Part shown: positions 12,375 to 25,751 of the stretch, in pieces
Numbering within the stretch: the stretch's first letter is position 1
Layout of the letters: each line of letters starts with the position of its first letter
Assembly: GCF_001194135.2 (NCBI RefSeq)
Contig: NC_068984.1
Coordinates: 31,470,879-31,534,878 of the forward strand
DNA: 64,000 nt
Reading direction: 5' to 3'
Origin: Octopus bimaculoides
Taxonomy: Eukaryota
Notes under the pieces: generated by a model
What the model was told of the DNA's origin: nothing
What the model saw: only the letters and a program-made list of their open reading frames with translations
The model's database searches: none
Position numbers and translations under genes: made by a program

Positions 12375-13200
12375 CCATTCTGTCACATAACATTATTCCA
12401 GGGACCCTTCAAAGAAACTCTATTTTAGTTGCTTGTATTCACGACCATACTATTTCAGTTATTACCCAGCATTCATGACTATAGGAGAATATAGACACGA
12501 AAACTGGGCTTTTTCATCAAACTCTCTTCTTCTGAAGATCGAATGCTGAAGCTAGCACATTATTGTGACAGCACCTCCAATTCTTGCATCCAATTCAGCC
12601 TTCTGCATCCCATCACTCATGAATATTGTCCCAATGTTTTTCACTTGTCTTAGTCATGTTCCATGGAGGCGCAATGGCCCAGTGGTTAGGGCAGCGGACT
12701 CGCGGTCATAGGATCGCGGTTTCGATTCCCAGACCGGGCGTTGTGAGTATTTATTGAGTGAAAACACCTAAAGCTCCACGAGGCTCCGGCAGGGGATTGT
12801 GGCGAACCCTGCTGTACTCTTCCACCAAAACTTTCTCTCACTCTTACTTCCTGTTTCGGTTGTGCCTGTAATTCAAAGGGTCAGCCTTGTCACACTGTGT
12901 CACGCTGAATATCCCTGAGAACTACGTTAAGGGTACACGTGTCTGTGGAGTGCTCAGCCACTTGCACGTTAATTTCATGAGCAGGCTGTTCCAGTGATTG
13001 GATCAACTGGAACCCTCGACGTCGTAAGCGACGGAGTGCCAACAATAACAGTCATGTTCCAAAGAAGGCTAGTCTGTACAAGTCCTATACAAATAGCAGT
13101 TTTGTGTCTGGTGTGAATAAGACCACTACAAGTTGCAATATGAAACAGTTTAGAAAAAAATAGCCATGTCACATTGTCTGTCATCTGGGTTAGCAAGGGT
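12375..13200 (-). mobile_element. RTE-clade LINE RT C-terminal fragment (interrupted by SINE D)
   Basis: Minus strand LRQVKNIGTIFMSDGMQKAELDARIGGA...RREFDEKAQFS...YSHECWVITE...IQATKIEFL*RVPG matches the RTE/Expander pattern KYLG..F...G....EID.RIG.A...TYGHE.W..TE...IQAAEM.FLRRV.G. Similarity right of 13061 is weaker. Confidence 0.75.
12664..13049 (+). mobile_element. Full-length young tRNA-derived SINE (family D) with 12-bp TSD
   Basis: Head GGAGGCGCAATGGCCCAGTGGTTAGG...GGTTTCGATTCCC (A/B boxes), CpG-rich body, (CAA)-like tail; perfect TSD AGTCATGTTCCA at 12652-12663 and 13050-13061. Confidence 0.92.
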
Positions 13201-13824
13201 CACATTCAGCCCTTTTGTAGAGCGGTCAATTTAAAGGATATGTTTCAGTCTCCACCTAATACCAGTACTGCCAGCAATAAGCTTATAAGTTGTTCTAGAA
13301 AGTGTGGGGTGGAAACACAAGTGTTGAGGATCCTGGAAACAGCAACCATTAGTTTTGGGGAATTGGAATGTCAAATCTTATGGTGATGTAAGGGAACTGA
13401 TGAATTACTCTACAGCATCAAATGTCAGCAAGATATAACTTATAATTCAAGATGACAACTAGATGATAGCAAGAATTTAGCCTATACTACCAGATCACAT
13501 CAATGCAATGACTTAAAATACCAAGCAGCAGCAGCAGCAAGATGATGACTTTTAACCAGAGAAGGCAATGCTAAGAGAAAAACTTGATTACAGACTAAAA
13601 CTGCTTGGAATTTATCTCATGTTTTACTAATCTAACACATAAATGAATAACTTAATATATAAATAAATAAATAAATAAATAAGATGTTTGTTTTATGTGA
13701 TTTTGCGATGACAAATAAGATCAATGTCATCCTTTTTTTTGTTGCATTTTATTTTAATCTATCATTTATTATTTATTTTATTCTATTTGATATTTATTAA
13801 TATTGGCATCAATGAAGAAGATAT

Positions 13825-13860
13825 TAATAATGATGATGATGATGATGATGATGATGATGT
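13825..13860. repeat. (GAT)n microsatellite
   Basis: Direct reading. Confidence 0.9.
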
Positions 13861-14608
13861 GGAAATGCATTTACAGTATGTGATGATAGTGGTTGTCATG
13901 GTAGTGGATGTCAGGATGATGTGTAAAGATGGTTATTGTGGTGGTTATGACAAAGTAAATTTACTGAAACTGTGTACATATTTTTATTAGATTTTCTGCT
14001 AGTTAGCTCTGCTTTGGTAGCAATGTCCAAGAAATCAATCTTATGAAATTTCCATGATGAAACAATTTAGACAGAAATCAAATTGAAGAAGAAAGACGGA
14101 AGATAATTGTATAATATTCTTGTAATCACAGTTGGAGTATATAATTGTATCTAGGAACACAGTAGGGGAATCTTAATATGTATTGCTTAATATGTTCCAG
14201 CATGAGAAAATATCTAATAAATGGTTGTAGAAAGAGTGTCCATAAATATAGGAACACTGTGAAATTCAGTAAATCTACTTCATTATCAACATAGATTACA
14301 TTGAAAATAAATCTTGCCTGTAAATTTCCAATGGTCAGCTAATTATCATGTTATCCTTTCTGCCTCTGAAATATTATAAATCTCCTCCCATTTTATGACT
14401 CAATGATGGCTAAATTGATAAAGAATTGGCTTTATCCAAATTGTTGCTGGTTCTAACACTACCACACATGTTATAAACGAGTGCTTCAATGCAGCCAACT
14501 ATCATTTGTAAGTAAGTATGGCTTGGTGACACATACCATGCTTTCACTAATTGATTTAGGTGTTCTGTGTGGTTATATCCAAACACAGAAACTCTGTTAA
14601 CTACCCTT

Positions 14609-14847
14609 GGAGATGCAGAGCTTAATGGTTAGGGTGTTGGACTCATGATCGCAAGATTGTGGTTTCGATTCCTGGATTGGGCAACATGTGTTCTTGAGCA
14701 AAACACTTCATTTCACATTGCTCCAGTCCACTCAGCTGGCAAAAGTGAGTAATCTTGTGAAAGACTGGCGTCCCGTCTAGGTGGGGAATATATATCCCAA
14801 TGAAACTGGGAAACCAGCTCTTATGAGTTGGCATGGCTCTATAAGGT
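14609..14847 (+). mobile_element. tRNA-headed SINE sharing the family-D head, with a V-domain-like body
   Basis: Head aligns to 12665-12740; body contains gactggcgtcccgtctagg, resembling the V-SINE core gatggactggcgtcccgtccagg (from recall). Confidence 0.65.
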
Positions 14848-15139
14848 AATTTTAGCTTCTTTTTACTTTCTTAATTGCCTCACCATTGATCCAGTTGAAT
14901 ATTGAAGATGTAACAGATAGAGGGAAAGGGGGCTGCACTACAACCAAACTGGTTCTAATTACATCTGAGTAGAGTGGAACTGCAGGAAATAAAGTGGCTT
15001 GCTCAAGGATACAATAGACCACTCAGCTTTGGAATTGAATCCACAACGTTGTGGTTATGTATGGAATTTGCTAACTGCCAAATTACATGCCTACACATTG
15101 TAACTATACCACTACAAATAAAAACATGAGAACAAAAAC

Positions 15140-15500
15140 CAACAACCGCACTGTTACAACAACCACCACTACTTCTATCATTACCATTAATGCTACTCTC
15201 TTTACTACAACTACATCTCTACTACTTTAATTAATGAACTTATCACTGAAAAAACTACTACACAACTACTACTACTACTACTATTACTACTACTACTACT
15301 ACAAATACCACTACTTCAACTACCACCACCACCACTTCTACTACTTCCACCACCACCACCACCACCACCACCACTACTGCCACTGCCATTGCTGCTGCCA
15401 ATGCTATTACTGCTGCTACAACTGCTGCCACTAGCACTATGGCCGCCAGTGCTGCTGCAGTTGCTACCACTGCTGCCACTGCTGCCGTCAGTATATGACT
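15140..15500. repeat. Compound ACT/ACC/GCT triplet array
   Basis: Direct reading; explains the poly-Y/H/V/G ORFs. Confidence 0.95.
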
Positions 15501-16547
15501 GTGATGACAAAACTATTTCTGTGTGATCATTTGATCTACTAGAAATAGCAGCTTAATTCCTCGTAAATCACAGCCAACCATCTTAAATAAATTCCATCAA
15601 AGACACTTCTAAAAATTCATGGAAGTTCATAACTTGACTACCTTTGAACTTAAGTCTCCTAGAAGAGGCATGACAACAACCACATCATGTGTTATTAGTC
15701 TACCATCAACACTTCACTATCAAAGTGAAATTGAAATGTAGTAGAAGTAGTAGTAGTGGTGGTGGTGGTGGTAGCAGCAGAAGCAGGAGCAGCATGATAA
15801 AAATAGAAGTCCTCCAATTTCAGTATCACTGAAGTTTTATCATTTACATAAATCATTATCTTCAAAAAAAAAAGAAATAAAGCGAAATAAAAACAGGCAA
15901 AATTAAAGGGACAGATTCCTCATTTAGCTTTACCTTAAATCATTTCATGCGCTTTCCTCTCATCTTTTTCCTCTTATTCCTTCTCTTTCTCATACTTCAA
16001 AACTTCCTCTCATTTAACTTTGCATTTGTATTTTATTGAAGTTTACTTTTTTGCCATATTATATAGGCTTTTCTTTCTTTTAAATCATGATTTAGTTTGT
16101 CTAAATCTTTGTACTGACCCATCCACTACACCATCTACTCTTTCACATTCAATTTTGCTTTGCCTTTAAGCAGATAATCGGTTTGTAATTTCAAAGTGTC
16201 ATATAATTAAAATATTTTAAGATTTTTCAAGTGATTCATTTGCAAGAATTTAAGATTTCAAGAAGTTCTATTTTAAAATTTCTAGGGCATCAAAGTAAAA
16301 TTATAGTTATACAATGTAATGTGTAATATTTTCAAAAGACACACACACACACACACACACACACATGACAGGCTTCTTTCAGTTTCCACCTACNNNNNNN
16401 NNNNNNNNNNNNNNNNNNNNNNNNNNNNNNNNNNNNNNNNNNNNNNNNNNNNNNNNNNNNNNNNNNNNNNNNNNNNNNNNACACACACACACACACACAT
16501 GCACAAGGTGTTGAGTACACATTTTTATTGTTCAACATTTATGTGTG

Positions 16548-16769
16548 TGGGGCAGTTATCTTCCCTGTCAGTATATGTATATATCTGTTCTCTCTCTGCA
16601 TTAAAAGCATTTTAACTCTTATTTCTAGCAATGTAGATGCATCAGTTCTCTTAGTCACACTTAGCGACTATTGAATTTTTTCTTTATGGTATCACATTGT
16701 GCCTGGCTGTTTATGTTAATTTTTAGCATACTCATTAGCATTTCACTAACTATCCATGAATTTGTATGG

Positions 16770-16813
<44 letters not shown>

Positions 16814-17045
16814 AATTAGCCAACCATGAACCATTGAAGCACCACTGACGATGCCTACAGTATAGGTGAAACTAGTCCTAGTCTGGTTAATCCTTGAGAT
16901 GGTCTTAGTGCAGTCACCTTTCCTGTCAGTATATGTATATATTTGCACTCTTACATCATTAAGAGTATTGTAACTCTTATTTCTAGCAATGTAGGAGCTT
17001 CAGCAACCTTGGTCACATTTAGTGACCATTGAATTTTTCCTCTTT
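16548..17045. repeat. Old local duplication of ~140 bp (16548-16685 and 16905-17045)
   Basis: Shared cctgtcagtatatgtatatat...taactcttatttctagcaatgtag...gtcaca.ttag.gac.attgaatttt. Confidence 0.85.
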
Positions 17046-17065
17046 CTCTCTCTCTATATATCACT

Positions 17066-17400
17066 ATCATCATAACTTGACATTCATCTTCCATATGGGC
17101 ATGGATGGGTTGGATGGTTTGACAGAATACAAGAAATTGGAAAACTACGTTGAGCTCTAATGTCAATTCTGGCATGCTTTCTGCAGCTAGATGCCTTACC
17201 TAAAGCCACCCACTTTACATAATGTACTGCATGCTTTTTTTTATGACTCCAGAACAAATAAGATCACAAAGTAACATGCAAAGTAAAGTGAAAGACCTCA
17301 CAGCTGAATAGTTTTGTAGTCGAGAGAGAGAGAGATAGGTGGCTTTATGTCTAATATTGAGATACTGAAGTATGATAGAAAGTGAGACAAGGATGTTTTA
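17066..17400 (-). mobile_element. Repeat family B, degenerate
   Basis: atcatcat...gcatggatgggttggatgg...gcagctagatgccttacctaaagccacccactttac aligns with 38777-38950. Confidence 0.65.
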
Positions 17401-17421
17401 GTATAAATAAATATATATAGC

Positions 17422-17687
17422 CAGTGGTGGACTGGCCAGGTTGCCAGCTTGCACCATTAGAATCTATATATGGGGGCCTATGTTAGTATCTAAGGGGCCC
17501 ATCCCGCTCAAGTTTGAGAATTTTTTATTCACTTCTGGAAGAATGCATTCATTATTTCAGCCTGGCTGTGTTTGTAGACGGTTGAAAAGAATACTTTTAA
17601 TAAAAAAAAATGAATGATAGCATTGTAGTTGTAGGTCAGCCCCTTAGTCTCCTGGCAACCAATATTTTTAGACCCAGTCTGCCACTG
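17422..17687. mobile_element. hAT-type MITE, 266 bp
   Basis: TIR CAGTGGTGGACTGG / CCAGTCTGCCACTG (2 mismatches); 8-bp TSD TATATAGC (17414-17421) / TATATGGC (17688-17695). Confidence 0.88.
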
Positions 17688-18631
17688 TATATGGCTACCT
17701 TGCATTATAAAAGGGTGGTTGGAAGTAGCTGGAAAGAGGCCAATGATGGTGGTGCTGAAGTATCAAAGTATACTCTCAGGATACCAGAAGGAGCAAATAA
17801 GAAAATATATGGCCAGAAAGGATGGGTAGATAAGTACATCAGTGTTGAGAGGACCATAACAGATGTTTAGAGATGGGAGTAGAAGTGAATGTAAGTAATG
17901 GAACTAGGGTTCATGTGTAGCTGATGGTAAATACCAGTATGGAAGGATGGTGAAAGAAAAAGGAATTGCTCATAAGGAGCTGATAAGTGCTAGTAGAAGT
18001 ATAACAAATCTGGAGATAGATAAGAAAATAGAAAAATGATGTATAGATCGATGTTCAGTGACAGAGATGGTTGTAAAGATGTGATATAGTAGTCCTCACA
18101 TCCAGCTCAGATAGAAGGAAGAGACAACTATATGTTTTGCATATATAAATAAAATATTATAAAACACACATGCATGTGCGTGCTTACACACACACACACA
18201 CACACAAATTTGTAGTGTGATACATGGATTCATAGATGGGTGTGACTATCACAGAAAGCACCTCTAGCAGACTCAGCTTAACCCTTAGGAATCCATTACA
18301 GAGGAGTACAATGCAGAGTTCTATGCTGCTGATATCCAGATCTGATCTGATCTGATCAATGAGATTATTCCATCAGGAGTATATAAACTATAGAGTGTCA
18401 GATGTTATGAAAGGTGAATACATTTAATCATTTGTCACCCTTCAGATTGCACACATTTCACAGCTATTTTCATGTAATAATAATTTTTTCATGTAATAAA
18501 TCATGTTTACATGACTGCACTAATACGCATGCTGCACATAAAATTCAAATGTTTATTCACAAATCATTGCAGATAAAGAAAGTTGGCTCATCAGATCACC
18601 AGAACATCATGGTTACACCAACAATTCAACT

Positions 18632-18664
<33 letters not shown>

Positions 18665-18809
18665 ATATANNNNNNNNNNNNNNNNNNNNNNNNNNNNNNN
18701 NNNNNNNNNNNNNNNNNNNNNNNNNNNNNNNNNNNNNNNNNNNNNNNNNNNNNNNNNNNNNNNNNNNNNNNNNNNNNNNNNNNNNNNNNNNNATATAAAC
18801 ACACACACA

Positions 18810-18960
18810 CAGCGTGCGATGGGTAAATTGTCATAATTTTATGTTTTTAATTTCATGCATGCACATTATTTGTTTTTGATTTTGTCAACTGCACAATATA
18901 GTAGGGTCAGTTGGGCACTGTCTGTGAGAAAAACAGCACCTTGATGCAATTTGCTGCTAT
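18810..18960 (+). mobile_element. Possible left end of a Tc1/mariner-type DNA transposon (truncated)
   Basis: Begins CAGCGTGCGATGGGTAAATTGTC; resembles from recall an octopus Tc1-like terminus. No right TIR or ORF seen. Confidence 0.35.
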
Positions 18961-19801
18961 TAATTTTCTTATGGTATACAGTGCATTTTTATCCCAACAG
19001 TCAACACTAAATGTGTGTGTATGCGTGTGTGTACATGTGATTGTGTATGTATATACATCTTTATGTATGTGTGTATGTATATTTACATGTATAAATGAAT
19101 GTATGTGTATTGAAACTAGATCTTCTAATTTTGTGACCTAAACTTCACTTCTGCTATGTATGAACAAAATTTGTGTAATGAAACAGGAAACTGTTAATAA
19201 GTATATTCAGACATCAAAAATAAAGAAAAAAGAAGCTGTTGATTGGTTGCATGTGTGAAGATAAACTCAAATATATAAAAGCATTTGATTGGATCATATT
19301 CAAAGATAAAATCAACTAGCTACAAAAACAAATAAAAAAATGAATAAAACTAAAGTAAATAAATTATGGCATCATTCAATCATATTGTTTGCAGCTATTT
19401 TACACCATTCAGAAGACATCATTCACACTCGAATGCTAGGAAACTCTACAATATTGAAAAAGAAACTAAGTAACTAGATGAGAAAGCGAGAAAGTGAATA
19501 ATAGAATGTATATTAGGAGAACAAATAACATTAACTTTCAAAACACTGTTAGAAATCGCTCTCCATTCATAAAACAGACAGCGTTGCAACAAATGAAAAT
19601 AAAGGAGGTGGGTTAAGAACACGATAAACAACAAAACTCTTAAAATGTTGATATTTCCTTTCTAAGTAGTCTTTAGTAAGTCTTTGAATCACTTTTTATA
19701 CCCAACAGACAAATGTTGAATACAATATAGCTGGCCATAGAGGATCCTGTGGCAGTAATGCAAGTCAGGCTTGCACAAGTACATGTTTGGAACACCTCAG
19801 T

Positions 19802-19845
<44 letters not shown>

Positions 19846-22567
19846 NNNNNNNNNNAGTTTTATGGAAAAGAACAAAGGTTCATAAACTCCCTAAAACTAT
19901 ATATATATATATATTATACTATGAAACTTAATTTAATTTTAATTTTTAATAAATTGAATTTAATTGAGTTTTTACCAGTAAATTTGGATTTTTATCCCTA
20001 ATATTATTATTATATATATCTATAATATGATCAGGAGAGTGGTAGCTAGGGTTCTTTAAAGGGATTTTGATATGAGGTCATACATTTAAAAGTGTCAAAG
20101 CATTCCCACAGTAGATTTGAAACTTATTAGACCCAAGATAACTCTAAACCTCCTAGACTGCCTGAAACACCTGGAAGGGAATTGACAGTTCTTATCAGCA
20201 GAAAAAATTAATAACCTACCAAGTTATTGATGGCCTTTGCAACAGGGTTTTTTTCTTTTGAGCCTTTGAAAAATCTTTCAGACTCACTAAGTAAAAACTT
20301 AACCTTAGTAATAATGTTTGATGATATCTCATTTCATAATAGATTATTGGAAAATACTTGATCAAGTTCAGACCAAAGCAAGTTTGTTTTTTTAACTCAA
20401 CAAATTTGAATCCATGTAACTCTTGTTCATGTCAGTTATTATTCAGGGCAAGTCCAATATGGCATTTTGTAGACAAAGCACTATACTGAAGAATCCCATT
20501 GGGAAATCATTCAAATCTATCGTTGTTGATGTTGCAAAGAGGGCATAGTTAACCTTCCAGATATGTCTTCAATTAGTTACAACTGTTACTAGTGGATATT
20601 AAATAATATATGCTGTCTATTTGCTAGGCTTAGTACTTTACAGTATACTGGGTGTCATTAGCAAGACATTAGTAAGAGAAGGTGTCATATTCTTTCATGA
20701 CTTAGAATCGTTCTCAACCCAACCTTCTCTCACTTTGTTCACTAAACACGTTACAAAGTCTGTTGTGGGCCAGCAAAAAAGAAATTGTCATGCACTCAGC
20801 AATGTTAAAAATTTCAGGAACCTTATGTTATATCTGTTTGTTTATTAACCACTTTATAAATACGGCAGGCAGTGGTGGAATGAGACAAACTATGCCAGGA
20901 AGAGCAACTTTTCCTTTTGGGTAAAATTTCTCCTGTACTAAATAAGGTCTCTAGAAACATATATAAATGAAAAAAAAATTTTTAAGCCTTAAGAAGAAAA
21001 TGTTATTTTATAAAAGTTACATTTGTATGAATTTGTAAAGTTAAAGATTTCTTTGTTTTTTTTTTTCTTTTAGCAATTATTATGGTCTTGCAATTCATCT
21101 GTGTTAATAACACAGTTTTCTACCACTTGTCACTTCACCTGCTGGAATTAGTGGTGAATTCCTGCGCTACACTCTTAAGAAGTATAACTTGGTTATTGCA
21201 TCCTTCTTAATATGCAAAAAGATTATTCAGTTACAGCAGGAATGTATTTAGAGCAATGGATTACTAAAATTGTTAGAGTACTAAATAGAATGTTTCACAC
21301 TGTTTGTACCAAAATCATTGAGCTCTGAGTTCAAATTCCACCGAATCCACTTTGCATTTCGTCCTTTTGAAGTTGATAAAATTAATCCAGGTTGAAGGAA
21401 TGTTACTAGAAGAAATGTTACAACACTGGATGAGCTGCCTTGTGGTACCTGTATCAACACATTGCATTCAGATAGAAATACCTAAAACAACACTAATGCC
21501 AAGCAATATTGAACAATAAAAAAAGATTTTCCTTTGGTGTGAAGAAGAGTGGCATGGATGCATGGAAATTCTAGACTTTTATGAGATGCCTTGCCCATGC
21601 CTATGCTTCCAGGTACAGATAGATGGTCGACCTTGACTGGTAGAATACCTAGAATGGAATACTTTAAATCATAGTTTGGTTTGAGCAAAATTTTGCTGAA
21701 ACTGTTTAATAAAAGTAACAATAACCACTGGTGCAAAGCTGAGATATCCTCTGTATCTCTCTTCTACAAGTGTCTTTTAATTTGCTGAGCACCTACCACT
21801 CTTATCAAAAACACTCTCAATTCATTTGCTTCTCTTCTTCTCATCACACACCACAGTCCATTTACTAAATATTTTTCTTAATTCATTTTCCACATAACTG
21901 CATTAGTTTGTAACTCCTTGTCATCTGATATTTTTCTTCTCACTACTTGAAAATTTCCATCTCAGTTTAAATTGTGTTGTTAAGTGCCATTCTCTTGCCA
22001 CATATAAAATTTTCCAGTAGAAATAAATTTGAACTGTTTTCCATTTATATATGTATACAATTTATTTTAAAATTAAATCAAAATATTTTACTTGAATTTC
22101 TATATACAGTTCTAAAATTGCTTCCATAAACATCCTTAAAAACATATATATTTTGAAATTTACTAGGAGTACTTTATATAATTTCTTAAAACAATATTTC
22201 TTTTAGGCTGTATGCATACATTTGACAAATACTAAACACATAAAATTATATTTGGTTAGTCTAAAGTAAACTATGCACAATTCTCAAATGAACATAAATC
22301 ATCATGATGTTGTTTTGATATCCATTTTATAATAATGGTATAAGTTGGATGGGGTTTCTGAGCAGTATGTCAACACTAGAAGAACCATTTGTCATCTCGT
22401 TTAGTGCAACCGAACATTCTGATGTTTTGCTACAGTCTCTTTCTTCTGATCTGAGTATATTCTATATTCTATGGTCAGCAAACAACACTTCCCCATACAT
22501 TCATGACCTTCTTACATTACGACTTCATACTAGTGCAATAGTTTCTCCTGAAGATGCATGATTTTAA

Positions 22568-23761
22568 CCCTATAAAACCTGGTGAGTTTAGGGGTCTGTA
22601 AACCTGGTGGTAGGGGCGCTCTGAGAGACTCCTACTTTATTCCTCAACCACCAATACTGTGACAATGGTATTTGGCACATGTATAAACCATTGATAGGCA
22701 AACTATTCTGTTCTACAAAAAATTTTGCTGACGTCAGCATTTTTCTGGTGACATCATCATAATCAGAAAAGAGGAAGAGATGAGGTCATGTGTCTGAACC
22801 TTAATGTTGTGTAACACCCTCTATCTCTGTATAGCCAGCTTGTTTACCCATTGTCAAGTGGGGTAATGTGCCTACACTTCTAAAATATTCCAAATTTTTC
22901 CAGAACCACTAAGGCTATGACCATGAGACTTTGCTGGAATATAGGTACTACAAAGGAAAAAATGTTTAATATATTTAAAAATTTCAGCTGATATCAGCAT
23001 TTTTGTGATGACATCAAATGTACCCAATTAAAAAATGATTTGAGCTTTTTATTTGCCAAACTTTTTCAAGAACTACTTATGTTATGATTCTAAAACTTGA
23101 CAGGAATATACTTCATTAGTAGACAAATATCTTTCTGTAATGAAAACTTTTCTAAATTTAAGCAGTTTTCCAATGATGTCATCACTTTAACCAAAAATGT
23201 TTCAATTTTTGTTTTACTTTTTATTGCTTGAAATTACTCTTCAACCACTAATGCTATGACAATGAAACTTGGTATGGACATAGTTCTTTGATAGAGAAAC
23301 ATTTTTCCTTGATAAAAAATGTTAGCTGATGTCAGTATTTCTCTGCTGACACGTCATCAATTTTACCCAAATTTGTTCTATTAGAGAATTGTTGCCATGG
23401 AAATGATGTGGCCACCTAACAATTGTTGTCATGCTACTGAAAACAAATACATTAGATTGGTAATGATGCTTGGCAATATTGTTTCAGTCGCAAAAGCTGT
23501 ATAATCAAATTTTTAGCAAGAAAAATCGAAGAAATATCAAGTTATACCATCCATTCAACTCCTGCTGTCTCCATGGCAATGGAGAAAACTCTTTTTAAAA
23601 TCAGTTATGTGAGCATTTGTGATAAATTTCTGTCGTGGGATAAGTTTTAGAAAAAGTCAGCAAACTTCAGAGAAAAAAACTACTTCAGTTCAAAAGTTTA
23701 AAAAAAACTGAACAATGAGGAATAGGGGCATTGAGAGATCTCCTCACTAGGCATAATAGAA
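22568..23761. mobile_element. piggyBac-like non-autonomous element, ~1.2 kb, with three internal modules
   Basis: TTAA at 22564-22567 and 23762-23765; degenerate TIR CCCTATAAAACCTGGTGAG vs TTCTATTATGCCTAGTGAG; subterminal GGGGC..TGAGAGA..CCT at both ends; triplicated internal motifs. Confidence 0.75.
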
Positions 23762-24075
23762 TTAATACTTTTAGCCTCATAACAAACATCTATTCAAAAC
23801 TCCAGATGACTTTACTCCTGGAATGTACATTACCACCAGATATGTTAAAACAATAAATGATATTGCATATTAAACCATTATATTTTAGAAGTAGCAGTTA
23901 GAGGAGACAGGTTCAGTGGTAAATTTGAAAAGGAAAATAATCAACAGATACTGATGAGATTCAAATGATATGCATGTATGCATGTATGTATAAATGTATT
24001 TACGTATGTATGTATGTATGTATGCATGTACGTACATATAAGTGTGAGTGTGAGTATGTATATATATATATATGT

Positions 24076-24285
24076 ATTCTTTTATTCTTTCTTTTATTTG
24101 TTTCAGTCATTTCACTGTAGCCATGCTGGAGCACTGCCTTTGGTCGAACAAATCGAGCCGAGGACTTATTCTTTGTAAGGTTGTACTTATTCTATTAGTC
24201 TCTTTTTCTGAACTGCTAAGTTATGGGGGCATAGACATGCCATCATTGGTTGTCAAGTGATGGTTGGGGGACAAACACAGACACA
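24076..24285 (-). mobile_element. SINE family A, 3' half
   Basis: Reverse complement of 59400-59595 (tgtttcagtcattt...gccatgctggagcac...ggttgtcaag). Confidence 0.85.
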
Positions 24286-24290
24286 CACAC

Positions 24291-24379
<89 letters not shown>
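24286..24379. repeat. (CA)n(TA)n microsatellite
   Basis: Direct reading. Confidence 0.95.
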
Positions 24380-24380
<1 letters not shown>

Positions 24381-24384
<4 letters not shown>

Positions 24385-24790
24385 CACTAAACTCTGCTTG
24401 TGAAGACCTGTTGAGGCAAGTGAGATCAAAACTGAACCAAATTCGATGACTGGCACCCGTGCCAGTGGATCGCTAACAGCACATCTGAGTGGGATCACTG
24501 TCGGGGCAGTGGTCTCGTTTCCATGCTGGTGGCACGTAAAAAACACCATTTGAGCGCTTACTGGCACTCGTGCCGGTGGCATGTGAACAAAACATTGGAC
24601 TGACTCCTGTGCAGGTGGCACACAAAAAAACACCATTTGAGCGTCGCCGTTGCCAGTACCACCAGACTGGCTCTCATGCCGGTGGCACATAAACAAGCAC
24701 CCACTACACTCTTGGAGTGGTTGGTGTTAGGATGGGCATCCAGCTGTAGAAACTCTGCCAGATGAGATTGGAGTCTGGTGTATGCATTTG
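24381..24790 (+). mobile_element. Repeat family B with five internal hairpin-bearing subrepeats
   Basis: Repeats of GTGCCGGTGGCAC..AAAA.CACC followed by cccactacactc...gttaggatgggcatccagctgtagaaac, the reverse complement of 38870-38950. Confidence 0.8.
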
Positions 24791-25486
24791 CATATGGAGA
24801 GCCCTGTTACTACAGAACACATGCCATTTGGATTTCTCAAATAATAATTATTTACTTCTTTATTTTAACTCTATTATTTATCTCCACAAAATAGCTTTAC
24901 AGTCATTTTGTACTGCCAAGACAGGCTATTCTAATAACGTGATGTACTAAATGCTGAGCACACAAAGTGTCTTAATTGAAATTTCCCCTATTATTTGGTA
25001 AAAGGAAACAACAACTGGCAACACTTGTTTGAGAATTTCAAAGAAAAAGAGAGATAATTCGAGGAAATTGAGAAATAATTACTCCAAGTTAATTTATTTA
25101 CTCAGAAAATAGTCTGACATTTGAAGTCAAGTAGCAGCTATGAACATGTTTCAGTCTACTAAATCTTATCAGCACTGCATAACCTCAACTCTAATTGACC
25201 AGTTAATGAAAATTTTTACATATAGAAAAAAGAGCTTTTAATTCACAAAATATAAAGTATAAGAATGGTGTTTAATGTTGATTTTGTTTTTGCAATGAAA
25301 AAGAATGCAATGAATCAAATATGAATTAATTTATAAAATATGAATCCACTCTAGACTATTTACATTTCAAGAATAAGTCATTTGATGATAGTTCAAGATC
25401 AAAGTAATAGAAAAGTAAGGAAGGAGGAATTTCAACCATATTTTGTGGTCTGCTACCACAACAGCTCCTTTATAGGATCCAGTTAG

Positions 25487-25751
25487 CTCAAGACATCATC
25501 AGGAGGAACCACGTCCGGTTTCGGCCCCTACTCCTCTACCGTTTTGACATGGCGGGGCCACCCTCTTTCGGAGGTGTCTTCAGCTCTGGTGTTGGGTGCA
25601 TGTCTTCTTTCACTGTTTGTGACTGTTCTAATTCAACTGTGGAATGTCCCTCGCTATGGTTATTTTCCAGGAGGTTCTGGCCACACGTCTTACGGTTCAT
25701 CAACCCGCGTTGTTGAATTACTTTCTTCCGACATACCTTCCCTTGGTGGAT
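25487..25751 (-). mobile_element. 265-bp GC-rich insert flanked by a 14-bp direct repeat; possible Penelope-type terminal repeat/retrozyme-like unit
   Basis: TAGGATCCAGTTAG at 25473-25486 and 25752-25765; CpG-rich relative to flanks; hammerhead-like motifs on the minus strand. Confidence 0.6.

Noticed and set aside
12665-12740. tRNA gene
   Set aside because: The cloverleaf is incomplete and the sequence continues into a SINE body with a TSD; the same applies to the heads at 14609, 39220 and 59197.
20100-20830. Possible decayed hAT transposase on the minus strand
   Set aside because: No diagnostic motif recoverable.
22545-22560. CTGAAGATG hammerhead-like half core
   Set aside because: No downstream GAAA or stem II after removing the piggyBac-like insertion.
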